Assembly (NCBI RefSeq): GCF_009914755.1
Contig: NC_060928.1
Length of the DNA: 64,000 bases
Strand: one strand, 5' to 3'
Source of the DNA: the human T2T-CHM13v2.0 reference genome, Homo sapiens
Shown here in pieces: positions 25,890 through 40,711 of this stretch (position 1 is its first letter; each line of letters opens with the position of its first letter). Under the pieces are notes generated by a model that was not told where the DNA came from, did not search any database, and saw nothing but the letters and a program-made list of their open reading frames with translations. The position numbers and the translations under genes were made by a program.

Positions 25890-26180
25890 TAGTAATGATA
25901 ATAATAATAATTACAAATAACATGTGTAGCACTTGCTCTGTGCCAGGCACTGTTCTAAGCACTTTATATTATTAACTCATTTAATCTCATCCTTATAGCA
26001 ACCAGATGATATAGGTTCTGTTATTATCCTCATTTTACAGATGAGGAAACTGAGGCAGAGAGAAGTGAGGAAACTTGTCCAAGGTTAAAGAGCTAAAAGG
26101 GGCAGAGTTAGTAAATGGCAGAGCAGAGATCCACTCGGAGCAGCCTGACTCCAGAGCTCCTGCCTTTAATCACAAGACTG
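25890..26180 (-). mobile_element. MIR SINE (well preserved)
   Basis: 'tgtgccaggcactgttctaagcacttt...cattttacagatgaggaaactgaggcagagagaagtgaggaaacttgtccaagg...cagcctgactccagagc'. Confidence 0.92.
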
Positions 26181-27489
26181 TGCAAAATGAGGGCAGTGTG
26201 CAATCCTCAAGTACTTCAGGAATGAGGAGAGGGGGAAGGTTGTCATCATCTCTGGAGCTTGAACACATCCATCTCCCCACCTAATAGTAGCCTCAGTCTG
26301 AATAACCCTGTTAGTTTGTTGATGATGCTTCTCAGTGTCAGTCAAGCCTCACAGAAGAGAAGTTTAAGGCTGAACCAAAGGGATTTTGAAAACTGGTAGG
26401 TAGAGAGCATGTTTGAGCCTGTTTGGGAAAATGCTGGCACCGTTAACAGGAATTGAATATCAGATCTCTCTGCCTTAAGGGACTTTAAGCTGCATTCAAG
26501 AAAAACCAGAGTATAAACATGCCATTTCAGTTCAATGAGGAAAACAGAATGATTTGCTTGAGGTGTTATAAGTGGAAAAAGGAGGAACATTTACCCAGCC
26601 GGGTAAGGAAAGAGGATCATGAAAAAAGGCTTAAAATAACAAAATCCATTTTCTACGATCATAGACCAATAAATCTAGCATTTTACCTTTATAAACAACC
26701 CACAAAAACCTTTTAAATATGTTGTATCTGCTTGTCATTGTTAAATAAAAACACTGTAATTCTATTGGAGGTGATTCTAGTTTTCAGTTTTCTAAGTACA
26801 TATTAATTATGAACTATTTCTATCAAAGAATCTACTCACAAAGTTTTTGTTCTTTGTTTTACTTTTGCCAAAACTGCACCATATAAACTTGACATGTGCT
26901 CTAAATACATTCTTGCTCTTTTCTGTATGGTGATCTTAAGAATATTCATCACAAGATAGGAAAACACAGCTGCCATCGTTTTAGGAAAGAAATAGTCATG
27001 AGTAATGCTTTAACACACATTTCAAAGCATCAGGCGTTCTAAAAATCTCAAGAGAGTTGTGACTTTTATTGTCCCTATATGTTCTAAGCATCATGCAACT
27101 TTCATTGTTAAAATGCTTACATTAAAATTACTCCCAATAATCCATAGATTACACACTACTACATAAGTCTATTTAAATCGCTACTAGAAAACCCAATCAC
27201 TACCAGAAATAATTCAAGTTAGGATAATGTTCAATAATGTTGGTGGTATCTGGAGTAAAGATACAGCTTAGAATTTGTCTAAAAGTCTGATCTAATGTTT
27301 CTTCACTGTTAATATTCTTGTCATAAAAGTGTGACTTACTGACTTGGACCATCAAGGCTTCTAAATATATGGAAAGAAAATCTATATGTGAAAACAGAGT
27401 AGAATTAAGACGTTACCTAGATACAGTCTTCTGAGGTTACCACTGGAGAGGTGATGACCAAGATCAAATAAATTGAGTAACATATGGAA

Positions 27490-27875
27490 AATGGTATGGT
27501 GGAGAAAGAATCAGACTGCAATCAGTCTAACTAACGCTAGTTCTGACTTCGTTATCACCTGCGAAAATAGCACCACCTCTCTGGACCTCAGCTTCACCAT
27601 GGGTAAAATAAGACATTTGACTAGATGATCACTAATGTTTTTTGTTTTTTTTTAATTTTATTATTATTATACTTTAAGTTTTAGGGTACATGTGCACAAT
27701 GTGCAGGTTAGTTACATATGTATACATGTGCCATGCTGGTGTGCTGCACCCATTAACTCGTCATTTAGCATTAGGTATATCTCCTAAAGCTATCCCTCCT
27801 CCCTCCCCCCACCCCACAACAGTCCCCAGAGTGATCACTAATGTTGAACTCTATGAAATCTAAGATGCTCTAATG
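27490..27875 (+). mobile_element. MIR3/MIRc-like SINE interrupted by a short L1PA
   Basis: 'cctctctggacctcagcttc...gtaaaataagacatttgactagatgatc' continuing after the L1 as 'ctctatgaaatctaagat'. Confidence 0.55.
27640..27831 (-). mobile_element. L1PA2/PA3 extreme 3' fragment (~190 bp)
   Basis: Near-consensus antisense 3'UTR with T-rich tail; perfect 14-bp TSD TGATCACTAATGTT (27626-27639 / 27832-27845). Confidence 0.96.
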
Positions 27876-28314
27876 TTATCTTAAACTCTTAGCATTTTTT
27901 TAGCTATAAAAACCATGATCTAAAATTTCAGATGCTTCCTGAATGTCACTCAACTATTTTCTAAACCAGAGATGGGCTGTATTGTATCCAGGACAAGGTA
28001 GTTGATGATCATGATGCCCAGTATCTCTAACTAGCTTAATGCATTGGGGAAACACCAGAGGTTCCTTGAATTGCTTCTTTAGGGAGGGATGAGTCCAAGT
28101 AATTGTTAATTCAATAAGTGTCATTTTAGGAAAAAACCCTGTGTACCCAAGTCTTTTATGAGCACTGGAAAATCAGAGATTAATGTTAAAGTCTTTCTCC
28201 TCCAGAGGCTCATAGTCACATGAGTCAGAAAAATAACTTCTCATTAGATACAATTTTAAGTGCTATGATAGGTTTTTAAATAGGAGGGTATGGAAATTCA
28301 AAAGAGAGATCTTG

Positions 28315-29815
28315 AATCATTCATTCTACAAATAATTATCAAGAACTTGATATGTGCCAGGCACCATTCTAAGAAACAGGATGAATATAGCAGTGAAAAA
28401 TAAAAGTAAAAAAAAAAAAAAGACCTTGCCCTAAATAGGCAACAGAAAGATAAACAAAGAATAAAATAAATAAACACTATACTTTCAGGTGGTGATGAAG
28501 GCTATCAAGAAAGATGAAATAGAACAAGGGACTATACACTGGTACAGAATTATATTTAGATAGAGTAGTCAGATATGGCCTCTGCTTTATGTGACATTTA
28601 GGCAGAGACATGGATAAAGTGAAGGAGCGTTTAGGATATCCAAGGCAGAAAGAACACCTAGAGAAAAGGCCCTGAGGCAGGAGATGCTCGGATGAGTGTG
28701 CAAAGTGCCAGGGAAGGTTATGTCTTGAGATGAGGCAGAAAAGGTAGCCAGGGGCTAGATTATATAGGGTTTTGTTGGACATGGTAAGGAGGCTGGGTTT
28801 GCTTCTGAAGGATGCAAAATCAGGGAAGAGTTTTGAGCAGAAAAATTATATGATCAGATTTTTATTTTTAAAAGACCATTCTAGATGCTGTATGGAAAAT
28901 GAAGAGGCAGAGAGCAACAGTTAAGCAGGGAGGAAATTAGGAGACAGTTTCTATATTTATGTTAATATGCATAAATATTTTCAGTTATAGCATTATATAG
29001 TATGGGATATGTTAATATATGATAAATTATGTTTCTATATTTATAATTATATAAATCACATACATAGCATTATGTTATATAATAATATATTATGTTGTTA
29101 TATTCCAAAAATATATTAATATTATATGTATGTTATAATGCATTTTATAATTATAATATATAATAGTGCTATATCTATTATATCTATTGGTCTTTAGTTT
29201 TATATTCTTAGAAAAAGATGGTGATGGTTTGGAGTAGTAAAGTAGCTGTAGAAGTAGAAATACTCATTTGAGGTAAATATTTTGAAGTTAGACCCAACAG
29301 GACTTGCCAATGGGTGTTCTGTGGGATGGAAGAGCAGAAAAGGGCTCGTGGAGCAATTCTAAGTTTTAGCTTGAGCAACTATGTGAATAATGATGTCATT
29401 TCCTGAGGTGGAGAAAAATAAGGTGAAGCATTTGTTGGTAGTGAGGCTAAGAATTGATTTTGGACGTATTAAATTTGAGATGAGTATTTGACTGTGTAGA
29501 TGAAATGTTAAGTGAGCAATTGGATATACAGATCTAGATTTCAGAGAAGCCAAGGTTGGAAATACAGATTTAAGTGTGTTTGGCCACAGGATAGGATGAG
29601 CTGAACAGGGAGGAGAGTGAGAAGAAAAGAATTATGATGGCTGAGCTCTAGAATTCTCCAACATTTGGAAATCAAGAAAAGGAGAAACCAGTGAAGGAGC
29701 TATCAGCAAAAGAAGAGGAAAGCTGGAAAGTGGCCCTGTGGTAGCAGAGTGATCTACTGTGACAAGAGCTGCTAAGAAGGACAAGTAATTTGAGAATTGA
29801 GATCTGACTACTGGA
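28315..29815 (-). mobile_element. LINE-2 (L2a-like), split by an AT-rich tract at ~28950-29200
   Basis: 'tcattcattctacaaataatt...atgtgccaggcaccattctaag...gacatggtaagga...ttttgagcag...ttttagcttgagcaact...tttggacgtattaaatttgagatg'. Confidence 0.8.
28950..29200. repeat. AT-rich low-complexity tract
   Basis: Degenerate TATAA/TATGT repeats. Confidence 0.8.
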
Positions 29816-29819
29816 TTCA

Positions 29820-30215
29820 GCATGTTCTTCCTTCTTCCAGGAATGCTGTTCCAGATGTCCACATAGATGGCAACCTCTCTTTCTTCAGGTCTTTACTCAA
29901 AATTACCTACTTGGTAATACTGGCAACGGCCAATCTATCAAAAAGCCAATCTGCTCTCCCAGTTATCTGTATCCCCTCTCCCTGCTGTATTCATTCTTCT
30001 TAGCTCTTTATCATTATGTAATAAACTAGGTGTTTTACTTATTTATCTTAATTATTACATATTTCCCTCATTAGAATTTAAAATACATAAACACAGGGTT
30101 TTGGGTCTCTTTTATTTGTTGTGACTTTGTCAGTACTTAGAATGATGCTTGACTCCTGGCTGGCACTCAGCACTCAATAAATACTGGTTGAAAACATGAA
30201 TTGATGAATAAATGA
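29820..30215 (+). mobile_element. LINE-2 3' region
   Basis: 'gttcttccttcttccaggaatgctgttccagat...cttcaggtctttactcaaa...gcactcaataaatactggttgaa'. Confidence 0.75.
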
Positions 30216-31924
30216 AGCCACCATTTACTATATTAGATGTAGCAGCCTTATAAAGTTGACCTTTTTCCTTTCATTTTTAAATCTAAGCTTACCTCTGGCC
30301 ATAGACTTATCTTCCTCTAGTGAAAAACTAGTATGTAAAAGGAAGCAGATACTTGCATATGTCTTTAAAATGTTGAGACTAGCTTGCTAAAAAGCTACCA
30401 GACATTATGTAAACCATTGTTTTAGACTTTTATGATGCAAGAATATATAAGGCAGGGTCAACATTCTCAAGGAACACTCAGTCTGGTGGTGACTGAAAAC
30501 TTGTAAATAGGAAAGCTATAATACAGCATGGTAAGTGCAACTATAGACAAGACCACTAGAAGTCTAATCAAGTGAGTAGATAACCAGACAGCGGGAGAAC
30601 TGGGTCAGACTTCACCTGTGCATGATAGCAAAAACATCAGAAAACTTCTGAACAAATTAAGTCATCTGTTCACTAAATATTTATTGATCATTAGCACCAT
30701 ATTCAGCACTGGGGATAAATAAGCAAAAGAAACATAACCTCTACTCTTATGGAATTCAATCTAGCTTGATAATCTACCTTGTGTAATACCAGTACAGCAC
30801 TTCAGAAGAGCAGCTGTTGAAATCTTTTACAGGTCCCGAGTCGGCCAATGCCAGATAGATGTGCTACACATCACATCAGCCTACCCTAAGGCAACTATAC
30901 AATGTTCTGATAAATGCTTCTTAGTGAAAAGGCCCAAGCATGCCCCAACTCTGGTCTAGTGGTTACAGAAAAAGTACAAGGTTTTATTTAAGCAAAGTAG
31001 TCAATGGAGCTATACACATTTTTTTAAAGAAATGCATATAGCTTTGGCATTTCAAAATGAGACATGGCAGTAAAAAACTAGATGCTACTGATGAAAAAAT
31101 GTAGATTTACATTTATACCGTAGTATAAATTTCTAATTTTTTAGATAATTCATTTCTAAGCACTGTCATTCTTCTAAATAATTTATATTGCATTGGTATT
31201 TGCTAACTTCCAAACTGAAGGGATTCTAAGGAACTAAATGCCCTTTGATTAAAAGAGGTTAAGGAAAAAATGACTCATTTTGCAAGTGCTAATGCTATAA
31301 ATTCCTATAAAATACAATATTTGGGAGTCAAGTGTAAACTAATTTGTGAATAGGCATATAACTTTTCCTGGATAATTTTATAAATTTTTGTACTTAAAGT
31401 GGAAGGCAATTTCAGGCAATCACAATGATTCCCTCAAGAAAAAGGACCATTACATTGGACTTTTTCTCATATCTTTCTGAGCCAGTTTTATTTCACTAAT
31501 TGAGCCCATGGAGACAGAAACTTACTTAGATTTTATAGTATTGCTGATTCTGAAGAGTATTTATAGGAAGTTCACCAATTTATCAAGAACACTGCAAGGT
31601 TTTCAATATTTGTCTAATTATTAGAGTAAGAATACTTTTTAAAAATAGTATCTGGTATTCTATTTCCTATAAAAAGTTAAGAGGAACATCTAGAAATGTG
31701 TGCAACTGAGTGAAGTCCAGAAAAATATAATGTATTGATCTCAATGGCTATTAAGAAAATATAATACTTCTCTCCATATCTCTAGCACAAATTCTTAAGA
31801 TGATGAAGCACAATCCTCATCATTTCCTTCTGTCAACAATGTGTAGGAAGAAAAAACATTTGGGTAAGTGAATGAGGAAATTCCTGGTATCAACTGTATC
31901 CGTGGTATAGAACTAATAGCTGTG

Positions 31925-32215
31925 GGCTGCGCACCCTTTAATCCCAACATTTTGGGAGACCGAGGTGGGAGGACAGCTTGACGTCAGGAGTTTGAGACAA
32001 GCCTGGGCAACATAGCAAGACCCTGTCTCTACAAAAAATAAAAATAAAAAATTAACTGGGCGTGATGGTGTCTGCCTGTAGTCCTAACTACTCAGAAGGC
32101 AGAGAGAGTATTGTTTGAGTCCAGGAGTTTGAAGTTGCAGTAGCTATGATCGCACCACTGCCCTCCAGCCTGAAAAACAGAGGGAGACTCTGTTTCTAAA
32201 ACAAAACAAACAACA
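31925..32215 (+). mobile_element. AluJ-like
   Basis: 'gcctgggcaacatagcaagaccctgtctctacaaaaaata' (J-type); TSD AGAACTAATAGCTGTG / AGAAATAATAGATGTG. Confidence 0.9.
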
Positions 32216-32919
32216 AGAAATAATAGATGTGTTTTGAAAAGTGCCTACAAGTCAAAGGGTGAGGACAGCTTTGGCCAAGGAGATGATATTGAGTATGGGA
32301 GGGCCAATTAAACCACTTCAGAGAAAGCGGTGGTGGTCTCTGGTCTCATAACTATTTTTGCATAACTCATTATTGTTTCCGTGTCCAGGCCATCAGGCTA
32401 CACCCCTCCTCTTATGAGAAAGGTACAAATGCATAAAACTAAGTCACCATAAGATGTTTTGTCAGGAACGCTGCTAGCAGAGCACTCATCTAACCTAAAT
32501 GTTTTTCTCTCCACATCTACAAATACAACTATGTCTATAGTTTAAACATATCACATTAAATAAAATTCACTGAGTCTTCAGAACAATCTAACATTTATTT
32601 TACATACTCTATTTAAGAAGGCAATAAAAGTGTGGATGTATTTGTATAAAAAAATTAATGTTCCAAAATGTCCCCTAGAATTTCAAACTTTGAGGTACAG
32701 GAAAATATCAAATGTATAGAATTATTAATTCCTTGTGAGTTCCAGGTAGCTTAGGTATTCACAGTACTTTGAAGAAATAATTTAAAGAATGTCCTCTAAT
32801 AATTATGAAAAGGAAGAGAAGACTGACTTAAGCCTGTATCTATTTGATCAGGTCTACTTAGTCTGCTGGGTTGAAATCGGAGCACAGAGCACTTCTTTAG
32901 AAAGGGTTTAACTTGCATC

Positions 32920-33820
32920 CCATGTCTGATGTGGCAACAATACTAGTAACCCTGCTTATACCCCCTTGGCTTTCACCTCTGCACTAGGAAGGCTGCTTAC
33001 TGTCAACATCTGAGAATCTCTGTGTGTTAGGCCATTCTTGCATTGCTATATGGAAATACCTAAGACTGGGTAATTTATAAGAAAAGAGGTTTGGTTGGCT
33101 CATGGTTCTGCAGCTTGTACAGGGAGCATAGCACTGGCTTCTGCTTCTGGGGAGGCCTCAGGAAGTTTACAATCATAGTGGAGGGCAAAGGGGGAGCAGG
33201 CGTTTCACATGGCAGGAGTGGGAGCAACAGAGTGCAGGGGAGGTGCCACACGCTTTTAAATGACCAGATCTCAAAACAACTCACTCACTATCAAGAGGAC
33301 AGCACCAAGAGGATGGTGCTAATCCATTCAGGAGAAATCCGCCTCTATCTAAACACCTCCCACCAGGCCCCACCTCCAACACTGAGGACTACATTTCAAC
33401 ATGGGATTCCGAGGAGACAAATATCCAAACTACACCGCTCTGCCTGAGGACTTTTCTCTGACCACAGGGAACATGTATAACCAGCATGCAGGACAACCCA
33501 GAAGTGCGGAGTTAACACCCACAGAAGCAACTCAGCAAATGCTGGCTGATGTGTCCACGGACATACACCCGGCTTCTTTCCTCATCAATGTGATTAGCTC
33601 CGAGGTGTGCTGTATAGGAGCCCCCAGAGTTCCTTGGCAGGACTGGGCCCTGGGCTATAGCTGGTGAGTGAGTTGATAATATGCCCTTTAGTGTCTTCTT
33701 TCCTTTCCCTCTCTCACTTCCCTACTCTTCCATCCATGTTTCCTGGGATCACCTCCCAAATGAATTGCTCTGCACTTGAATCCTTGCCCCTAGGTTTACT
33801 TTGAGATAACCCAACTTGAA
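32920..33820 (+). mobile_element. ERVL solo LTR, LTR16-like, interrupted by MSTA
   Basis: 'aacccagaagtgcggagttaacaccc' and 3' end 'tttcctgggatcacctcccaaatgaattgctctgcacttgaatccttgcccctagg...aacccaac'. Confidence 0.75.
33023..33437 (-). mobile_element. MSTA MaLR solo LTR nested in LTR16
   Basis: 'tgtgttaggccattcttgcattgctata...ggaggcctcaggaag...aaatatccaaactacacc'; perfect TSD CTCTG (33018-22 / 33438-42). Confidence 0.92.
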
Positions 33821-33944
33821 ACTCATGGGCAGAATTTTTGCTTCCATGGTATACAGGTTTCTAAGTGTGGGCCAGAGTTTACATATAAATACAAATAGGT
33901 TAAGTTGTGAAAGGCTTTTTATTAGTTTGGCAATCAAAAGTTCT

Positions 33945-34630
33945 ACTAGAACCTCTGTTTCTACCCATGAGGGATTAACAGCCCAGAGAATTGCCCTCCT
34001 ACTGTGAAAAAGAAAAAAAAAAAAGAAAACTTCAAGAATAAGTATTTTCTGACATTGAAAAATAGCCAGAGCAAAATTGTGTTGTTTGAAAGAATGAAAA
34101 CAAATTTTCTTTATACTTTCTCCAAACTGTTGCCTGGAGGCAGCTCTAAAGCACTAGGATAGGAAAAGCCTAACAAAGCTCAGTGGTCTCATGGCTTCAG
34201 CAAGGTGAGGAGAGGAGAGACCAGGGAGGCTGAGGTGGCCAGAATTCACAGGGCAGAATACGAGAAAGGAGACAGCCTGAAGAGAAAGAGCTCCGGAAAC
34301 CTGGATAGAAACCTCTTCGAGGCTTTGGCTGAGTACTGATCAGCACAGGCCTGGTTTGAAACCCCACAAGGCTTTGGAAAGAACCTCCTGAAGCAATTCA
34401 CAGAGCTCAAACCAGGCTAGATAGAGTTTGTCATCTCACCAGCCAAAACGGAAAAACCGGTGATACAGGGAACTTGCTAGAGGCCTCAGAAGGGTATCAC
34501 TCGCATGGTACAGCTAAATAAGGCCTACATCAAAGCCTGCTCTGCACCTGCCAAAATACAGCATAAAATCAGATTTGAAAATGTCAACGCCATCCAAAGC
34601 GGTTTAATTACGTGTTAGGACACAGCCCGA
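33945..34630 (+). mobile_element. Old L1M 5' region (L1MC/MD-like 5'UTR)
   Basis: 'ttgccctcctactgtgaa...ggccagaattcacagggcagaatac...gagaaagagctccggaaacctg...ttggctgagtactgatcagcaca...aggcctcagaagggtatc'. Confidence 0.65.
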
Positions 34631-34719
34631 CACTCACATCCCCCGACTTTCACTTCCATGTTATGAAGGAACAAAACAACACGGTGTTTGTTGTTTAACC
34701 CCCTCGGGCCCCACGCCCT

Positions 34720-36151
<1,432 letters not shown>

Positions 36152-36429
36152 GTAAGACAAGGAATCTAATCCACTCTAAAAAGAAGAAAAGCATAGTAAA
36201 ATTCTCCTTAGAGTTAGAATTATTAATAGTTCCTATCTACTATTTAATTTAATCATAGTTAATGATGAGAATTTCTTATATTTTATGCATCTGATGATGC
36301 TAAATGTGCATTTCTCATGATTCCTTAAAACAATTTTTGTAAATTCTATTCCTAGGACCTTCTGCTTTCAGAAAAATTAATGTCTTGTATTCTTCGTATT
36401 GGAGGAGATCCATCTGTTCACTTGCTACG

Positions 36430-36609
36430 CAGTGGTTATCAAACTTCGTGTGCATCAGAATCCTCTGGAAGGGTTAGACGGGGACTGCCTGGCCTGCCCT
36501 CAGAGGTTCTGACTGGTAGGTCTGGGGTGGGGCCTGAAAATTAGCATTTCTAACAAATTCCTCGGTGAGGCTAGTACTGCTGGTCAGGACCACCCTCTAA
36601 GAACCACTG
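36430..36609. mobile_element. MER5A hAT-Charlie MITE
   Basis: Terminal inverted repeats CAGTGGTT...AACCACTG; 'gtaggtctggggtggggcctga...gcatttctaacaa'. Confidence 0.9.
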
Positions 36610-36771
36610 ACACTTAAAATCAGGGATGTATTTTCAAGAAACTCACACCATCTTTCATATTAATTGAATGTTGTTAATTTGAATTTTATTATTTTTAAAT
36701 CTGGTTGGTAATTTGTCAATCCGTTGGTTTTATAGTTACATAAAAACTATAAGCATAAAGATGTTATATAG

Positions 36772-37121
<350 letters not shown>

Positions 37122-37239
37122 TAATTTTACAATAAAAATGATCACTAATGAGAATTGTTTTCCTATAATTGGCTCTGTATACAGTATTCAATGTTATTAC
37201 CCGGACGATTTTTCTTATCTCTACTCTTTACTCTAATTT

Positions 37240-37810
37240 TTTCCCTATATCTCAGCAAGAGTGATCGATGTCAAACATAAATCTGGTCACATCATTTCCC
37301 TCTGGTAACCTTTACACTGGCTCCTTCTTTGTGTCTAGATAAATCCTAAGTTTCCTAAGATGGCATAGAAGATCTCTCATGACTGGCCCCTGCTTATTTC
37401 TCCAGGTTCATGGCTGACATCTCCTCACCTCCACTCCTCTTATCCCACAGTCTCTTTGAACGCTTGTGCTTCTGTGTGTTTCCATTTGCATTAGAGCCTT
37501 TGTCTGTGTGGTCCTATCTGCCTGACGTGCTGCTCCACTTACCTGATTTGACCTGCTGGATTCCATGTTTTCTGTAAGACTCTTGGATGTCCATTACTCT
37601 CTAGTCTCTGCTAACTCCCTGTGGTCCTCTCTATGTACCTCCACAGCAATCCAGATTACCCAGCCGAATATTCATCACACTCTATTACAATTTCCTATTT
37701 TCTTGTTTTTGTTCCCCAATAGTTTGTAGACATTTCCAGATGAGGGGCTATGACAATATTAATTATTGAATTCCTCCCCAAATCCTGACATAAAAAAGAT
37801 ACTAATAAAC
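37240..37810 (+). mobile_element. LINE-2 fragment
   Basis: 'cagcaagagtgatc...aaacataaatctggtcacatcatttccc...catgactggcccctgc'. Confidence 0.65.
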
Positions 37811-38777
37811 ATTAAAAATATATATAAGAATGATACTCAATAATACAATAAATAGGTCTGAAGTTTCTATTATTTTTAAATAAACAAAGCTACTCTCATA
37901 TTAACCACCCCTGTGACCCTCCTCTAGCCATCAGGAAGGCTAGAGTGCTGAGCTTCAGGAAACCACTGAAGCCAGTTCCTGATGATGCCTTCACTCTTTG
38001 CAGACAATGCCACAAGCACTTGAACTAACAACTGCTCCACTTGTCTCCTGCTCTGGAAGCTCCATGAAGGCAGAGACTGTCTCTCACAGCATCTCAGTGC
38101 CAGGCATATAGTAGACACTTAATATTGGTTGCCTATCTTTTATTTTGCCATTAGTGTGTGATCAGAATTAATTCAGACAGTCAGTGGATATTTGCTCCTG
38201 AATTCTTGGTGACTGGCCCAAATACAACTTTTACCATTTCATAACCGTCTTCTATTATTTTTGTTCTTCTTTTTCCTTGTACTCAAATTCCAAAAACTTA
38301 AAGCAGATCATGAGAACAGTGGTTTTGATTCAGTTCTCTGTAGAGAACCAGGTAGGAAAGCTGGGAAATGGTTTGGAAAAAAATGAGGACAGAAAAAGTA
38401 GAGAGCTTCCTGCTTCTTTTATTTTCCCCTTGAAGCTGACATTAATAGTTGGTGCTAATGTAACCTCTAAATTTCTTTTTATAAGAAAAGAAACCTGAAG
38501 GGCCTGCCTATTATTAGAATACTTGTGAGATATAAACTTCTTGATATGTGTCTAAAATTTGAACCAATTTAGTGGTACAATAAATAGTGATTAGAGTACA
38601 ATAAGGAATTTTGTTTTTCAGAATAAAAGCAGTAAAAAAAGCCTTGTTTTGCAACTTTAAGTATGTGAATATTCATGAAAGCAAACTTTCGAAATAAACT
38701 TTAAATAAAAATTAAAAGGAAAAGAGATTACAGACTTGGTTTTTGGCAACATATATTTAAGTCATCTCATTACACTG

Positions 38778-39122
38778 TGCTATGGTCTGAATGTCTATGT
38801 CAACCCAAAATTCATATGCTGAAATCCTAAGCCCCATAGTGATGATACTTTTTCAGAGGTGGGGTCTTGAGGGCAGATTCTTCATAAATGGGAATTAATG
38901 CCCTTATAACAGAGTCTGGAGAGAGATCCCTTGTTCCTTCATCAGGTGAGGTTAAAGCAAAAAGATGCCTGTCTAGGAAACGAGACCGCACCAGAGGTGG
39001 AATTTGCCTGTACCTTGATTTTGGATTTCCCACCCTACTAAACTGTGAGAAATAAATTTCTGTTATGTATAAGCTACCCAGTCTATGGTAGTTTTTTATA
39101 GAGGCCTAGACATACTAAGATA
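38778..39122 (+). mobile_element. MLT1A-like MaLR solo LTR
   Basis: 'tgctatggtctgaatgt...aaaattcatatgctgaaatcctaa...actgtgagaaataaatttctgtt...taagctacccagtctatggta...actaagat'. Confidence 0.88.
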
Positions 39123-39365
39123 TTTTGTACATTTATTATCCAAATTTCCTTTCTCTTGATGAATCAAGACTAGTCACCTAAAGGCAAATACTAGAAATTA
39201 CTATATTATGCTATTTACAAAGAAAGCATCCAGGAAAAGAGTTTAATTATAGTATTTGAGAGCAGAAACACTTCCCATAATCACTGTTCATGAATTTGCT
39301 AAACTAGAATATTATATGGTAAACCGTATTTACATCTTTTAAGAGAGACAATAATACCTTTCTTA

Positions 39366-39671
39366 TTTTTTTTCTTTTTTTGTTTTTTTGAGATAGAGTC
39401 TTGCTCTGTCTCCCAGGCTGGAGTCCAATGGTGCAATCTCTGCTCACTGCAACCTCTGCCTCCTAGGTTCAAGAGATTCTCCTGCCTCAGCCTCCTGAGT
39501 AGCTGGGTTTGCAGGTGTGCACCACCACACCTGGCTATTTTTTGTATTTTTAGTAGAGACAGGGTTTCACCATGTTGTCCAGGCTGGTCTCGAACTCCTG
39601 ACCTCAAGTGATCTGCCCACCTCGGCCTCCAAAAGTGTTGGAATTACAGGCATGAACCACCTCACCTGGCC
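39366..39671 (-). mobile_element. AluSx/Sz
   Basis: Antisense dimer; TSD TAATACCTTTCTTA / TAATACATTTCTTA. Confidence 0.96.
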
Positions 39672-40491
39672 TAATACATTTCTTACAAGAGGTTCTAAGG
39701 ATTCATTAGTTTATATTTGTAAAGAGTTTTAAAAGTGAAATGCTTCCCGCCCTTCTTTGTCACTGAAATCATTAACAAATGATGATCAGTATTCCCTTCT
39801 TAATGACTTAGAAAAGCCTGACTATCCAATGCTGTGCAATTATCTTCTTCATGTTAGAATTCAAAATTTGAGCCCCATATTCATGCATTAAAATGCTCAC
39901 TTCTTGTTTTAAAATACCTACAATATCATTTAGATCAATTTGGAGTTTTCAAAGAAAAAAAAAAGCCCTTCCTTAGAATGATATTATTAAGACTGTCAAG
40001 TCACATTTGCTTTATAGAATTTCATGTAATACACAAATACCCAACTTAAAATTCCTGATTTATGAAAAAGTTGTAGAACAATACAAAATATTTATTATTT
40101 ATAGAGCAGCTTCCACATTCCATGTGCTATATTTGTAGAGCATTCCTTGCATGTCTCTCTTAAAAGCAATGGGATCATCAAGATTGATTATTTCTGGAAC
40201 TTGATTCGCATATTTGCTTTTCCACCACCTGGAATGTGGGGCTACCGGCAAGATAACTATGTACCGATAAGTTCAGACACTGGTAGCAAAGACTGAGAGT
40301 CTGTCTCTCTCTCTCTCTTCATGACAACATCTTGACATTCTGAGGAAGAGAGATCAAATTGTTAAAGTATTAAAAAAAAAAAAAAACAACAAGCTAAGCC
40401 TAAGTGGGGAGAGAGGGAACAGTTCCAAAAAGGAGATAAGGAAGGCATAGGGTGTGATTCTGAAGGGTTTTGAGCAAGTTTCATAAAAGAG

Positions 40492-40711
40492 CTTAATTTC
40501 CTAACCATGGATATTTTGTGCTGAAACAGTCTTTGTTGTGGGGGCTCTCCCATGCATTGTAGGATGGTTCACAGTATTCCTGGCCTCTACCCACTAGAGG
40601 CTGGTAGCACTCTCTGCCAACCAAAAATGACTCCAGATATTGCCAAATGCCCAGTGGGAGAAATTGGGCAGGGGCGGGGCAGATGAAATTTTCCCCAGTT
40701 GAGAACCAGGG
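40492..40711. mobile_element. MER20 hAT-Charlie element
   Basis: 'ctttgttgtgggggct...gcattgtaggatg...cctggcctctacccactaga...tccagatattgccaaatgccc...ccagttgagaacca'. Confidence 0.88.

Noticed and set aside
33075-33667. 118-aa and neighbouring ORFs
   Set aside because: They lie within the MSTA and LTR16 LTRs, with no coding signature.
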